64,000 nt of DNA. Source: an uncultured Candidatus Saccharibacteria bacterium. GTDB lineage: Bacteria; Patescibacteriota; Minisyncoccia; Phycocordibacterales; Phycocordibacteraceae. Of the stretch, positions 1 through 9,467 are shown one piece after another (positions within the stretch are counted from its first letter, which is position 1; each line of letters begins with the position of its first letter). The stretch lies in the NCBI GenBank assembly GCA_964357395.1, contig CAYHLC010000004.1:920-64919 (forward strand), in the 5' to 3' direction. The notes beneath the pieces were generated by a model, which did not search any database, was not told where the DNA came from, and saw only the letters and a program-made list of their open reading frames with translations. The position numbers and the translations under genes were made by a program.

Positions 1-4
1 GGTC

Positions 5-3000
5 GTGTACTTTGCTGGCTACATTGTCACCAGCGTTAACGAAGACGAGCGGAAGCGCGTCATCGAGGACTTGGAGGCAGAGTATAAGACGAAGAGTAAG
101 ACTCTCAGTAACGAAAAGGCTATTACCGAACTGAAGAGCCTCGTAGTTGCTGCGAAGGGCGAAATCGAGCGCATCCAGCCTGGCCTCGTCCTCGATGAAA
201 TTGAGTACCACCGCTTTTCGGTTAAGTACGGCACCTTCTTCGAAGCAGGTATCGGAGCCGAGGCTATCTACAACATATTTAAGAACGTAAACCTCGAGAA
301 GCTCGGAGCAGACTTGGAGCGCCAATTAGAGGCAGGTACCGGAGCTGCAGATAAGGAGAAGTTGGTCAAGCGCCTCGCCTTGGTCAGGAGCATGCACAAG
401 GCAGGCGTCCGTCCTGAATGGATGTTCCTCACCCGCATTCCAGTCACGCCACCAGCCTTGCGCCCTATGGTTGCCTTGGAGTCCGGCCGCCACGCAACGT
501 CGGATGTTAACGACCTGTACCGCCGCGTCATCAACCGCAACAACCGTCTGATGAAGCTCCGCGACATCCATGCACCGGAAGTGATCCTCCGTAACGAAAA
601 GCGAATTCTGCAGGAAGCCGTGGACGCACTCCTCGATAATTCGATTAGACGCGGTCAGAATGCAGCAGGCGCAACCTCAGTGCAGCAGAAGCGTCCGCTG
701 AAGTCCCTTGCAGACTACCTGAAGGCGAAGCAGGGGTACTTCCGCTTCAACCTCCTCGGGAAGCGCGTCGACTACTCGGGCCGCTCCGTAATTGTGGTCG
801 GACCTGACCTCGCACTCGACGAGTGTGGTCTCCCCAAGCACATGGCACTCGAGTTGTTCCGTCCGTTTGTTATCTCCAAGCTCTTGTCGCGCGACCTCTC
901 GCACAACATCAAGGGCGCAGGCCGTCTGATTGAGGAAGGAATTCCGGAAGTGTGGGCAATCCTCGAAGAGGTGATCCACGGCAAGCACGTACTCTTGAAC
1001 CGCGCGCCAACACTGCACCGCCAGGGTATCCAGGCATTCCGTCCGACCCTGATCGAGGGCAACGCTATCCAGCTGCACCCACTCGTGTGTCAGGCGTTCA
1101 ACGCGGACTTCGATGGCGACCAGATGGCCGTCCACGTACCACTCTCTGAGGAAGCTCAGATGGAGGCACGTGAGATCATGTCCGCAAACAAGAACATCTT
1201 GAAGCCAGGCTCCGGATCCCCAGTCGTTTCGACTGACAAGGACATCGTCCTTGGTATCTTCTGGATGACACGCCAAATTGATGGCGTGCAGGGCGAGGGC
1301 AAGTACTTCTCGAGCCCAAACGCAGCCATCCTTGCATACGATTTTGATGATGTGGATATCCACGCCAAGATTTGGGTCCGTCCGTCTGAGGGCAGCAAGA
1401 AGTACGCAGCGCATACTGGAGACCGCTTCGAGACCACCGTTGGTCGACTCCTCTTCAACTCAATCTTCCCGAAGGATTACCCGTACTTCAACGACGAGGT
1501 CAAGAAGGCGACGCTCTCGAAGATCGTGGAGGACTTGATCCGAACCTATGGACTCAAAGAGCTTCCAAAAACACTCGACAAGATCAAGGCGTTCGGATTC
1601 CAGTTCGCAACCCGCTCCGGTATCACCTTCAACTCCTCTGACATTGTGGTGCCGAAGGAGAAGGGAGCTATTGTAATGAGTGCCCAGAAGGAAGTGCAGA
1701 TTATTGAGGAGCAGTATCAGAACGGACTCCTCACTGAGGAGGAGAAGACCAGGCTCGTCATCGAGATCTGGCAGAAGGCGAAGGGCGAGATCGAAAAGCT
1801 GATTATCCCGAACATGGATATCAACTCGTCTATCTACACCATCATCACCTCCGGTGCTCGAGGCTCGATGGGTCAGCTCTCACAGATGGCAGGTATGAAG
1901 GGCCTTATGCAGAACACGAAGGGTGAGGTCATCGAGTTCCCCGTCGTCTCCTCTATGAAGGAGGGTATGACCCCGATTGAGTACTTTACTACCACACACG
2001 GATCACGTAAGGGTCTCTCCGACACCGCGCTCAAGACCGCCGCTGCAGGATACCTGACACGCCGACTCTTCGACGTGGCGCAGGACGTGGTTATCGAGGG
2101 TGACGACTGTGGTACCAAGCGCGGTATTACGGTTCGTAAGATGCGCTCATCAGGAATGGAGGCAGATCTCGCGAAGCTGATCTTCGGTCGCGTCTTGGCG
2201 CAGCCACTTGAGATAGGGTCGCTGAACTTTAAGAAGGGCACATTGATCAGCCACGACGAGGCGCGTGCTATTGCGGACGCGGGTGCTACGGAGGCAATCC
2301 TCCGCTCACCAATGAGCTGCGAAAACGAGTACGGTGTCTGTCGCAAGTGTTACGGAATCGATATGACGACTCGTGAGCTTATTGATGTCGGCGAGGCAGT
2401 AGGAACTATTGCTGCGCAGGCTATTGGTGAGCCGGGCACTCAGCTCACCATGCGTACCTTCCACACTGGAGGTGCTGCTACTGTTGGCGGCGACATCACG
2501 AACGGCTTGCCTCGCGTCGAAGAGCTCTTCGACAAGCGGCCTCCGAAGGGAACTGCAGTCCTATCGGTAGTGACTGGCGAGGTGATCGAGATCAAGGACG
2601 ATGGCGCAAACGGCAAGATCATTGTTGTCCTCCCCGACGTTGGTTCCGAAGGAGCATCGAAGACTCGCGACAAGATAGAGTACGCCGTCCCAGCGCGCCG
2701 CGTCTCCATCGTTAAGGTGGGAACCAGGGTTACTCGAGGGGATGCGATTACTGACGGATCGGCGAACTTGGACGAGCTGTTCGAGCTTGGAGGCGCTGCA
2801 CGATTGCAAGAGTACATGATTGATGAGGTATCGAAGATTTATGACCTCCAGGGCGCACCCGTGTCGCACAAGCACATGGAGGTGATCATCAAGCAGATGT
2901 TCTCCCGCGCGAAGGTCAAGGAACCAGGAGATTCAGGATTGGTCCGTGGCGAAGTCGTCGAATGGGGCACCATGCGCAGGCAGAATGCCGAGCTCGAAGC

Positions 3001-3319
3001 GGCTGGCAAGATGCCAGCACGAGTCGAGGGACTCGTCCTCGGCATTACGGAGGTCTCGCTGAATCGTAAGAGTTTCCTCTCGGCAGCATCCTTCCAGCAC
3101 ACGACGCGTACGCTCATCGGTGCTGCTATCAAGGGCTCGGTAGACACACTCCGCGGTCTCAAGGAAAATGTCATCATCGGTCGCCTTATCCCAGCCGGTA
3201 CCGGCTACCCCGGGAGTCGGAAGCATGCGGTCATAGCCGAGTTCCAGAAGAAGCGCGCAGAGGAGATGTCGCGCATGGCAGACGATACTGATTCGCGCGC
3301 AAGGATACCCATCGAATAG
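5..3319 (+). CDS. rpoC: DNA-directed RNA polymerase beta' subunit (5'-partial, N-terminus lies upstream of the window)
   Basis: Catalytic NADFDGDQMAVH motif. Long collinear beta' conserved blocks (trigger loop, switch regions). Confidence 0.95.
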   Translation: MYFAGYIVTSVNEDERKRVIEDLEAEYKTKSKTLSNEKAITELKSLVVAAKGEIERIQPGLVLDEIEYHRFSVKYGTFFEAGIGAEAIYNIFKNVNLEKLGADLERQLEAGTGAADKEKLVKRLALVRSMHKAGVRPEWMFLTRIPVTPPALRPMVALESGRHATSDVNDLYRRVINRNNRLMKLRDIHAPEVILRNEKRILQEAVDALLDNSIRRGQNAAGATSVQQKRPLKSLADYLKAKQGYFRFNLLGKRVDYSGRSVIVVGPDLALDECGLPKHMALELFRPFVISKLLSRDLSHNIKGAGRLIEEGIPEVWAILEEVIHGKHVLLNRAPTLHRQGIQAFRPTLIEGNAIQLHPLVCQAFNADFDGDQMAVHVPLSEEAQMEAREIMSANKNILKPGSGSPVVSTDKDIVLGIFWMTRQIDGVQGEGKYFSSPNAAILAYDFDDVDIHAKIWVRPSEGSKKYAAHTGDRFETTVGRLLFNSIFPKDYPYFNDEVKKATLSKIVEDLIRTYGLKELPKTLDKIKAFGFQFATRSGITFNSSDIVVPKEKGAIVMSAQKEVQIIEEQYQNGLLTEEEKTRLVIEIWQKAKGEIEKLIIPNMDINSSIYTIITSGARGSMGQLSQMAGMKGLMQNTKGEVIEFPVVSSMKEGMTPIEYFTTTHGSRKGLSDTALKTAAAGYLTRRLFDVAQDVVIEGDDCGTKRGITVRKMRSSGMEADLAKLIFGRVLAQPLEIGSLNFKKGTLISHDEARAIADAGATEAILRSPMSCENEYGVCRKCYGIDMTTRELIDVGEAVGTIAAQAIGEPGTQLTMRTFHTGGAATVGGDITNGLPRVEELFDKRPPKGTAVLSVVTGEVIEIKDDGANGKIIVVLPDVGSEGASKTRDKIEYAVPARRVSIVKVGTRVTRGDAITDGSANLDELFELGGAARLQEYMIDEVSKIYDLQGAPVSHKHMEVIIKQMFSRAKVKEPGDSGLVRGEVVEWGTMRRQNAELEAAGKMPARVEGLVLGITEVSLNRKSFLSAASFQHTTRTLIGAAIKGSVDTLRGLKENVIIGRLIPAGTGYPGSRKHAVIAEFQKKRAEEMSRMADDTDSRARIPIE

Positions 3320-5017
3320 ATGTCTGATACCGTAGATCGGATCAAAGAGCGCCTCAGCATTACCGAGGTGGTGCAGCCCTATGTCAAACTGACTAGGGCC
3401 GGCAAGTATTGGAAGGGCCTGTCACCCTTTACGAAAGAAAAGACTCCGTCGTTCTTCGTCACTCCTGACAGAGGGATCTTCCACTGCTTCTCTTCCGGAA
3501 AGGGAGGAGACATGTTCACGTTCATAGAAGAGATGGAAGGGGTGGACTTCCGCGGCGCACTGAAGCTCCTTGCTGAGAAGGCGGGCGTGGAATTGGTACG
3601 CGAGGCACCGGGCGCGCGTGATGAGCGCGAACAAGTCTATGCGGCGCTGGACGCTGCACGCGCGTATTACGAGTCTGTACTCGTCGAGCGTCCTGATGTT
3701 CAGGACTACCTTGTTAAAAGGCAGATCACGAAGGAACTCGCAGGAAGCTGGTCCCTAGGCTACGCACCAAACGAATGGCATGCCTTGCGCGAAACACTTT
3801 TGAAACAGGGCTTTTCGGAGATGACGATGGAGTCTGCAGGGCTTATCAAGACATCGGAAGAGGATGCACGGAAGAAGTACGACCGATTTCGAGGACGAAT
3901 CATGTTTCCAATTCGGGACGTCTCGGGGAGGGTGATCGGATTTTCCGGCCGCATCTTCGAAGAGGACCCAAAGCATCCGGGCGCCAAGTATATTAACTCG
4001 CCCGAGGGACCGGTGTTCGATAAGTCTCGCGCGCTCTATGGCATCCACGAGGCCAAGAACAAGATACGCGAGCTCGGCTTCGCCATGCTGGTAGAGGGAC
4101 AGGTGGACCTCCTCATGGCTCACTCCTTGGGCTACAAGAGCGCTGTCGCGACTTCCGGAACCGCATTTACCCCAGCGCACGCAGATGTCCTGAAGCGGTA
4201 CTCCTCTAATCTCCTCATCGCGTATGACGGCGATAAGGCTGGAATCGCCGCGGCAGGCCGCGCTGCAGCAGTCGCACTTCCGAGAGGGATGAACGTGAAG
4301 GTGGTGTCCCTTCCGCCTGGCATGGACCCTGCGGATTTGATAGGGAAAGACCCGGCCGCGTTCAAGGAGGCAGTCAAGAAGGCGGTACCAGTACCAGAGT
4401 TCTTCCTCGAGGTGGCGCGCCGTTCTGCTCGAGATCAACGCCAGTTTAAGCTCGAGGTAGGGAAGACGGTATTGCCGTACGTGGCACTGATCGAGAATAG
4501 AATAGACCAGGCCCACTTCGTCTCGGCCATAGCCTCGGCCCTCCAGGTGCCTCAGGATGCGGTGCAGTCGGAATTAAAGAAGCTTGGTACACAGGGTGTA
4601 GAAGTCGAGAAGGGTGCCAAGGATCCATACTTTTGGATCGACCAGGGCGAGCGGTTTATCTACGGCATCCTGCGCATATTGGAGGATACAAAGGACGTGC
4701 ACGCAGCGCTCGCTACATCGATTTTTGAAAGCAATTTCGGCCTTTCGCGTCTCGAAGAGATGCGTGGCATGCAAGAGCATGAGGAGGAGGCCGCACGAAT
4801 ACTGGCCTCAGAGAATTTCTTTGCCCTCAACGAGGATACGGCGAGTCAGGGGGTGGTATTGGAGGATATGCTACGCGAGGCAGAGCGCCGAGCAAAGCGT
4901 AGCGCATACGGAGATCTCCAAGCTCGCCTCAAAGTTGCCGCTTCGGCGGGGGATGCGAGAGAGGAGGCCTCACTTATGGCAGCCCTCACGAGCCTTGCTA
5001 AAGAGTTAGAAAATTAG
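3320..5017 (+). CDS. dnaG: DNA primase
   Basis: N-terminal DnaG zinc-binding-domain homology (KTPSF, HCF). TOPRIM motifs (LVEGQVD, AYDGDKAG). ATG directly abuts the rpoC TAG. Confidence 0.9.
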   Translation: MSDTVDRIKERLSITEVVQPYVKLTRAGKYWKGLSPFTKEKTPSFFVTPDRGIFHCFSSGKGGDMFTFIEEMEGVDFRGALKLLAEKAGVELVREAPGARDEREQVYAALDAARAYYESVLVERPDVQDYLVKRQITKELAGSWSLGYAPNEWHALRETLLKQGFSEMTMESAGLIKTSEEDARKKYDRFRGRIMFPIRDVSGRVIGFSGRIFEEDPKHPGAKYINSPEGPVFDKSRALYGIHEAKNKIRELGFAMLVEGQVDLLMAHSLGYKSAVATSGTAFTPAHADVLKRYSSNLLIAYDGDKAGIAAAGRAAAVALPRGMNVKVVSLPPGMDPADLIGKDPAAFKEAVKKAVPVPEFFLEVARRSARDQRQFKLEVGKTVLPYVALIENRIDQAHFVSAIASALQVPQDAVQSELKKLGTQGVEVEKGAKDPYFWIDQGERFIYGILRILEDTKDVHAALATSIFESNFGLSRLEEMRGMQEHEEEAARILASENFFALNEDTASQGVVLEDMLREAERRAKRSAYGDLQARLKVAASAGDAREEASLMAALTSLAKELEN

Positions 5018-5035
5018 TACAATAATCGCTATTCC

Positions 5036-6268
5036 ATGGCTAAAAAGCGGACTAAATCAAAGCCGAAGAAGAAGGTCATAAAGAAGGTCAAAAAGCCGTC
5101 GCGACCTGTCCGCAAGCCGAAAAAGAAGGTGGTCAAGAAGGCAAAGCCGGCTAAGAAGAAAGTTGCCCCGAAGCCTGTCTTAAAGCCCACCAAGAAGTCC
5201 GCCGCTCTCGAGCAGAAGGCGAACGGCCTTATCGCACGCGGCAAGGAGCGCGGCTACGTCACCTATAACGAGATTCTAAAGGAGTTCCCAACCATCGAGG
5301 ACAACGTGATGTTCCTCGAGGACCTCTACGAGCGCCTTGCGACCTCCGGTGTGGATGTCCTGGAGTCCGGCGGCATGTTGGAGGAGGTACCAGACGAGGT
5401 CGTGATGCGAGGCAGCTACCGTGGAGAAGGATCCGCGCACGACTCGATACAGATGTACCTCCGCGAGATCGGCCAGTACCCACTCCTCTCAGCGCTTGAA
5501 GAACGCACACTCGCCAAGCGAATTGCTGATGGCGATGATGAGGCCAAGAACCTCCTCGCCCGGGCCAATCTCCGCCTTGTTGTTTCTATAGCTAAGAAGT
5601 ACGCAAACCGCTCGTCAGATTTGACGCTCCTTGACCTGATTCAGGAAGGTAACATCGGCCTTTTCCGAGCGGTCGACAAATTCGACTTCACCAAGGGATT
5701 CAAGTTTTCGACCTACGCGACGTGGTGGATCCGCCAGGCTATTACTCGCGCTCTCGCCGACCAGAGTCGCACCATCCGTATTCCGGTGCACATGGTGGAG
5801 ACCATAGCCAAGTACAAGCAGGTGGTACGCCGTCTGGAGCAGGACCTCGGTCGCGACCCAATGCCGGAGGAAGTAGCAGCAGAGATGGGTGTCGAGACCG
5901 AGAAAGTCTACCAGATCGAGCAGATCAACCAGGAGACACTCTCCCTCGAGGCGCCGATCAGTGCGGGCGACGACGAGGACGCATCAGCTCGCGGCGACTT
6001 TGTCGCTGACTCATCGCTCCCTAGTCCAGACCAGGAGACCTCGCACCGTATATTGGTAGAGCAGCTGCATGAGATCCTTGGAGATCTGTCGCCAAAAGAG
6101 CGAAAGATTTTGGAAATGCGACACGGACTTATGGACGGTATCTATCACACATTGGAGGAAGTGGGACAGGAGTTCGGCGTGACGCGCGAGCGCATCCGTC
6201 AGATCGAGGCCAAGGCCCTAGATAAGATCCGTACCCACGGCAAAGCCCGCCGCCTCCGCAGCTACTAA
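5036..6268 (+). CDS. rpoD: RNA polymerase sigma-70 factor with Lys-rich N-terminal tail
   Basis: Region 2 ([22 protein letters not shown]) and region 4 ([11 protein letters not shown]) motifs. The first ~50 aa are a KKxK repeat. Confidence 0.92.
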   Translation: MAKKRTKSKPKKKVIKKVKKPSRPVRKPKKKVVKKAKPAKKKVAPKPVLKPTKKSAALEQKANGLIARGKERGYVTYNEILKEFPTIEDNVMFLEDLYERLATSGVDVLESGGMLEEVPDEVVMRGSYRGEGSAHDSIQMYLREIGQYPLLSALEERTLAKRIADGDDEAKNLLARANLRLVVSIAKKYANRSSDLTLLDLIQEGNIGLFRAVDKFDFTKGFKFSTYATWWIRQAITRALADQSRTIRIPVHMVETIAKYKQVVRRLEQDLGRDPMPEEVAAEMGVETEKVYQIEQINQETLSLEAPISAGDDEDASARGDFVADSSLPSPDQETSHRILVEQLHEILGDLSPKERKILEMRHGLMDGIYHTLEEVGQEFGVTRERIRQIEAKALDKIRTHGKARRLRSY

Positions 6269-6269
6269 A

Positions 6270-6536
6270 CTAGTTCCCAGCTCGGCGCATGAAGTAGGCT
6301 GCGAGGACAGGAAGTGATGCTGCCGTAGCGATGACCGGTATCTGCATCTTGTCTGCCCAGACAGGGTAGTCAGTGCCAGATATGCCACCACTGAATGCTA
6401 TATCCACTGAGGCATATACCGCAGCTGCAGCGATGATGAGTGCCAAGGTCGCATATACTTTGTCGCGGTTCCGTGCCCCGCGCGAAGCTGTTTCTGTCAT
6501 TAAATACAAGTTGACACGAGCTTGCCCATCTGTCAA
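6270..6536 (-). CDS. small hypothetical membrane protein
   Basis: 88-aa ORF with two hydrophobic segments. Convergent with rpoD. Confidence 0.4.
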   Translation of the reverse strand: MTDGQARVNLYLMTETASRGARNRDKVYATLALIIAAAAVYASVDIAFSGGISGTDYPVWADKMQIPVIATAASLPVLAAYFMRRAGN

Positions 6537-6737
6537 TTATCGCAGGGAGAGAGCCAGGATGGTTGCGGTGCTGAGACTAAAGACAGTTGCGGTGGAGGCA
6601 AACGCCGCGTCAGCTTTTGAGTATCCGCGCGATAGTAGATAGTTGTAGAGGTCGTACCAGCGCAGGTCCTTGAGCTCATGCTCCGTTCGCATGCGCTCGA
6701 TCGTTCTACCCCTGTTGCCCATAAGGGCAGTATACAT
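6537..6737 (-). CDS. small tail-anchored hypothetical protein (paralog A)
   Basis: 66 aa with a basic helical N-terminus and a C-terminal hydrophobic helix ending in SLR. Paralogous to the next ORF. Confidence 0.4.
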   Translation of the reverse strand: MYTALMGNRGRTIERMRTEHELKDLRWYDLYNYLLSRGYSKADAAFASTATVFSLSTATILALSLR

Positions 6738-6753
6738 TTCTCTGCGAAGAGCG

Positions 6754-6975
6754 CTATCGCAGCGAGGCGATGAGTATTCCTGCTACAGCCGAACCAAAGA
6801 TCGTCATGCTAGCGGCAACAGCAGCTTCGCTCTCTGAGAATCCTGCCCCAGTCAGCTTATTAAATACATGCAGCCAGCGTGCGTCCCGCTTTTCCAGCTT
6901 GACTCGCAAGGTCCGTATTACGTCGTCCTTGTCGGGCCTCGGTTCTGCGAGTGCCATATACCGGCACCGTACCAT
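6754..6975 (-). CDS. small tail-anchored hypothetical protein (paralog B)
   Basis: 73 aa. Shares the RW...hydrophobic tail...SLR architecture with 6537-6737. Confidence 0.4.
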   Translation of the reverse strand: MVRCRYMALAEPRPDKDDVIRTLRVKLEKRDARWLHVFNKLTGAGFSESEAAVAASMTIFGSAVAGILIASLR

Positions 6976-7004
6976 AGGCGCGCCTCTAGCAACAAGTCCC
7001 AGTC

Positions 7005-7032
7005 AAAAAACCGCCCAGCAGGGCGGTTTTTT
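7005..7032. terminator. GC hairpin (ccgccc-agca-gggcgg) flanked by an A-run and a T-run; terminator-like or regulatory
   Basis: Seen directly. It lies between divergent gene starts, which is an odd place for a terminator. Confidence 0.45.
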
Positions 7033-7048
7033 GGGGTATTCTAGGGAT

Positions 7049-7870
7049 ATGAGGAAGGGAAAGGCTACGAAATACCCGATTCCGCACTGGTCATATAGCA
7101 GCCTCCTGTCATACTTACGGAACCCGCTAGCTTGGTACAAGCGCTACGTAGAGCGCGTTTACGACATGCCCTCTGGCCCCTCGGCGTTTATCGGCAAGGC
7201 CGGCCACACGGCCCTCCAGCATTACTACGGAGGTATGTCTCCCGACGCATCGGTCGCACTCGGCCTGGAGTCATTGCGAGCTGTCGATGATTCCGAAATA
7301 GAGTTTGGAGCCTCTGGGAGGACCAAGAAGGCGCGGAGAGAAAAGCGCCAGCACATGGAAGGCGAGTACTTGCAGGCCATCGGCTTTTATCTCGCTAAGG
7401 CACCAAAGTACAAACGGATATACGGCATCGAGCACTCCGCAACGACGCAGGTCCCCGGGCTGCCACTACCTATCAAGGCGATATCAGACTTGGTGGTCGC
7501 CTCGCCGAAGCGCGGGCATGTGGACATTGTGGATCACAAGTTTGTCGAGTCGTTCAGTCCCTTGGGAGCGGATAAGCCACTCTTTGTTTTGCAGGCGATC
7601 TTCAACTACTACACCGTTCAATCATCGTTCAATAAGCCGGTAGCGCGGTTCATATTGCAGGAGTGCCGGAAGCGGAAGAACAAGGACGGCTCGAGTCAGA
7701 TGCGCCGCTACATACTCGACTACAAGGACTACGAGAGCGACTTTGAGGTCTTCCACAGGCTAGTCAAAGAGGCGAGTGCCGAAATAGCGACCCGTAAGAG
7801 CTATCTCCCGAACCCGTCAGACATGTTCGAGGGCAAGAATTCGTTTGATATTTACCGCCTCGGGCTGTAG
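7049..7870 (+). CDS. PD-(D/E)XK nuclease, RecB/Cas4-like family (no Cys cluster)
   Basis: Motifs ISDLVV, VDIVDHK (D-x-K) and C-terminal QAIFNYY (QxxxY) as in RecB-family nuclease domains. The N-terminal PHWSYSSLLSYLRNPLAWYKRYV segment is typical of the family. Confidence 0.6.
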   Translation: MRKGKATKYPIPHWSYSSLLSYLRNPLAWYKRYVERVYDMPSGPSAFIGKAGHTALQHYYGGMSPDASVALGLESLRAVDDSEIEFGASGRTKKARREKRQHMEGEYLQAIGFYLAKAPKYKRIYGIEHSATTQVPGLPLPIKAISDLVVASPKRGHVDIVDHKFVESFSPLGADKPLFVLQAIFNYYTVQSSFNKPVARFILQECRKRKNKDGSSQMRRYILDYKDYESDFEVFHRLVKEASAEIATRKSYLPNPSDMFEGKNSFDIYRLGL

Positions 7871-7872
7871 GT

Positions 7873-8586
7873 TTATTCGTCTGCGAGGACGGTGTCGATG
7901 ATCGACTTCACAGTTGCATACGGCTGCGCGCCTGGGATAGGCACCGTCTTGCCGCTCGCGGTCACAACGACGTTGTGTGGCGTCCCCTGACCACCAGACG
8001 CGATCGCGTCGTTGAACTCGTCTTGAACCTTGCTCTGGAACTTGCCAGAGTTGTAGCAGTTGTTGAACTCGGTAGAGTTGACCCCAACCTTGGCTGCAAG
8101 TGTAGGCAGGTCGGCGAGGTCAGTAAAGGTGCCTGCCGGAGCAACGTCGAACATCTCGTCGAGGAACTTCCAGTACGCGTCATTGCCACCGAGGTCGGCG
8201 ACACACTCAGACGCCTCGGCCAGCTTTGGGGCATTCGGATGCAACTGCGCCAAAGGGAAGTTACGCATAACCCACGCTACCTCGCCAGTTGGGCCGTACT
8301 CGGCCATGATCTGCTTCATGGTTGCGTGGTACTGCTTGCAAAATGGGCAATCAAGGTCGGTATACTCGACAATAATAATTCTCGCGTCAGGATTGCCAAG
8401 AATGTGATCAGTCTCGGTTACCTCTGGGACCTCAATATCGGTTGGAGTGCCAGTCGAGGTTGTGGGGCCAGTGCCGCCATTACCAACAAAGTATAAGGAG
8501 ACAGCAATAAGCGCGCCTGCAACAACAATAGCGATTGGTATCGCAAGGTTTTGCATTTGAGAAGGCTGTGGGGTTTCTGGGGGCAT
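7873..8586 (-). CDS. DsbA-like thioredoxin-fold thiol:disulfide oxidoreductase (membrane-anchored/secreted)
   Basis: CPFC active-site motif (DCPFCKQYH). N-terminal TM/signal segment. Confidence 0.75.
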   Translation of the reverse strand: MPPETPQPSQMQNLAIPIAIVVAGALIAVSLYFVGNGGTGPTTSTGTPTDIEVPEVTETDHILGNPDARIIIVEYTDLDCPFCKQYHATMKQIMAEYGPTGEVAWVMRNFPLAQLHPNAPKLAEASECVADLGGNDAYWKFLDEMFDVAPAGTFTDLADLPTLAAKVGVNSTEFNNCYNSGKFQSKVQDEFNDAIASGGQGTPHNVVVTASGKTVPIPGAQPYATVKSIIDTVLADE

Positions 8587-8599
8587 GAGTTAAAACTTA

Positions 8600-9430
8600 A
8601 TGGTATGCGTGCATGATACCATAGCCCCAATGCCCGAAATTGGCTCTCATGCGGTTCTCGGCCTCTTGCAGGGCCTCACCGAGTTCCTCCCCGTGTCCTC
8701 CTCTGGGCACCTCATACTGGCCCGCGACTATCTAGGATTGCTTGGTAGCGGGGACCTAGCAGTCGACGCGGTGCTGCAGCTTGCTACCGCCCTCGCCCTC
8801 GTCGTCTACTTCTGGCGGGATATCCTAAGGATTTGTTACACATTCCTGTACTGGATTACAGGTCGACCTACCGAGGCTACGGAGCGCACACTGCTCCTCG
8901 CCATCATTGCGGGTACCATCCCGGCCATCATCGCAGGACTACTCCTAGAGGACGCTATGGAGACAGTGTTCCGCTCGGCAGAGCTGGTCGCCTATACACT
9001 GATAGCGGGCTCGCTGATCATGCTAGCCGCAGAGTATCTCGCGAAGAGTGGCACGGCAACGTTGACGTGGACTAAGGGGCTCGTTATCGGGTTGTTCCAG
9101 TGCCTCGCACTCATCCCTGGCATGAGTCGCTCGGGCATGACCATCTCTGGAGGTATGTTTATGGGCCTCACACGCCCCGAGGCAGCACGCTTCGGGTTCC
9201 TCCTTGCGGCGCCAATACTGATAGGCTCGGGGCTGAAGAAGCTGATAGAGCTCGAGTCCTCCGGCACGCTCTCGACCATGGGCGCACCGATCGCTGCGGG
9301 CTTTGTTGCCTCGTTCCTCTCCGGCCTCCTCGCGGTCCACCTCCTCCTTATCATCGTCCGCCGCACACCCCTCACCGTCTTCGTTGTCTACCGCCTCCTC
9401 CTCGCCGCTCTCATCCTTTTGCTGGCATAA
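8600..9430 (+). CDS. uppP: undecaprenyl-diphosphatase
   Basis: BacA/UppP signature LLQGLTEFLPVSSSGHLIL. Polytopic membrane protein. The real start is possibly at 8630. Confidence 0.9.
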   Translation: MVCVHDTIAPMPEIGSHAVLGLLQGLTEFLPVSSSGHLILARDYLGLLGSGDLAVDAVLQLATALALVVYFWRDILRICYTFLYWITGRPTEATERTLLLAIIAGTIPAIIAGLLLEDAMETVFRSAELVAYTLIAGSLIMLAAEYLAKSGTATLTWTKGLVIGLFQCLALIPGMSRSGMTISGGMFMGLTRPEAARFGFLLAAPILIGSGLKKLIELESSGTLSTMGAPIAAGFVASFLSGLLAVHLLLIIVRRTPLTVFVVYRLLLAALILLLA

Positions 9431-9442
9431 TATTGTTTGCAT

Positions 9443-9460
9443 TTTTCACCATGGTGAAAA
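9443..9460. terminator. perfect 18-bp palindrome ttttcaccatggtgaaaa between convergent genes (bidirectional terminator)
   Basis: Seen directly. Confidence 0.5.
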
Positions 9461-9467
9461 ATATATA

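Noticed and set aside
677-1414. 245-aa minus-strand ORF, with several others, inside rpoC
   Set aside because: It is entirely antisense to a strongly conserved beta' coding region. This is a typical spurious ORF in GC-rich DNA.
3755-4516. 253-aa minus-strand ORF inside dnaG
   Set aside because: It is antisense to the conserved TOPRIM region. It carries no motifs.
6770-7048. N-terminal 93-codon extension of the nuclease ORF
   Set aside because: It overlaps the minus-strand small-protein gene and the intergenic hairpin. The conserved nuclease sequence begins at the internal Met (7049).
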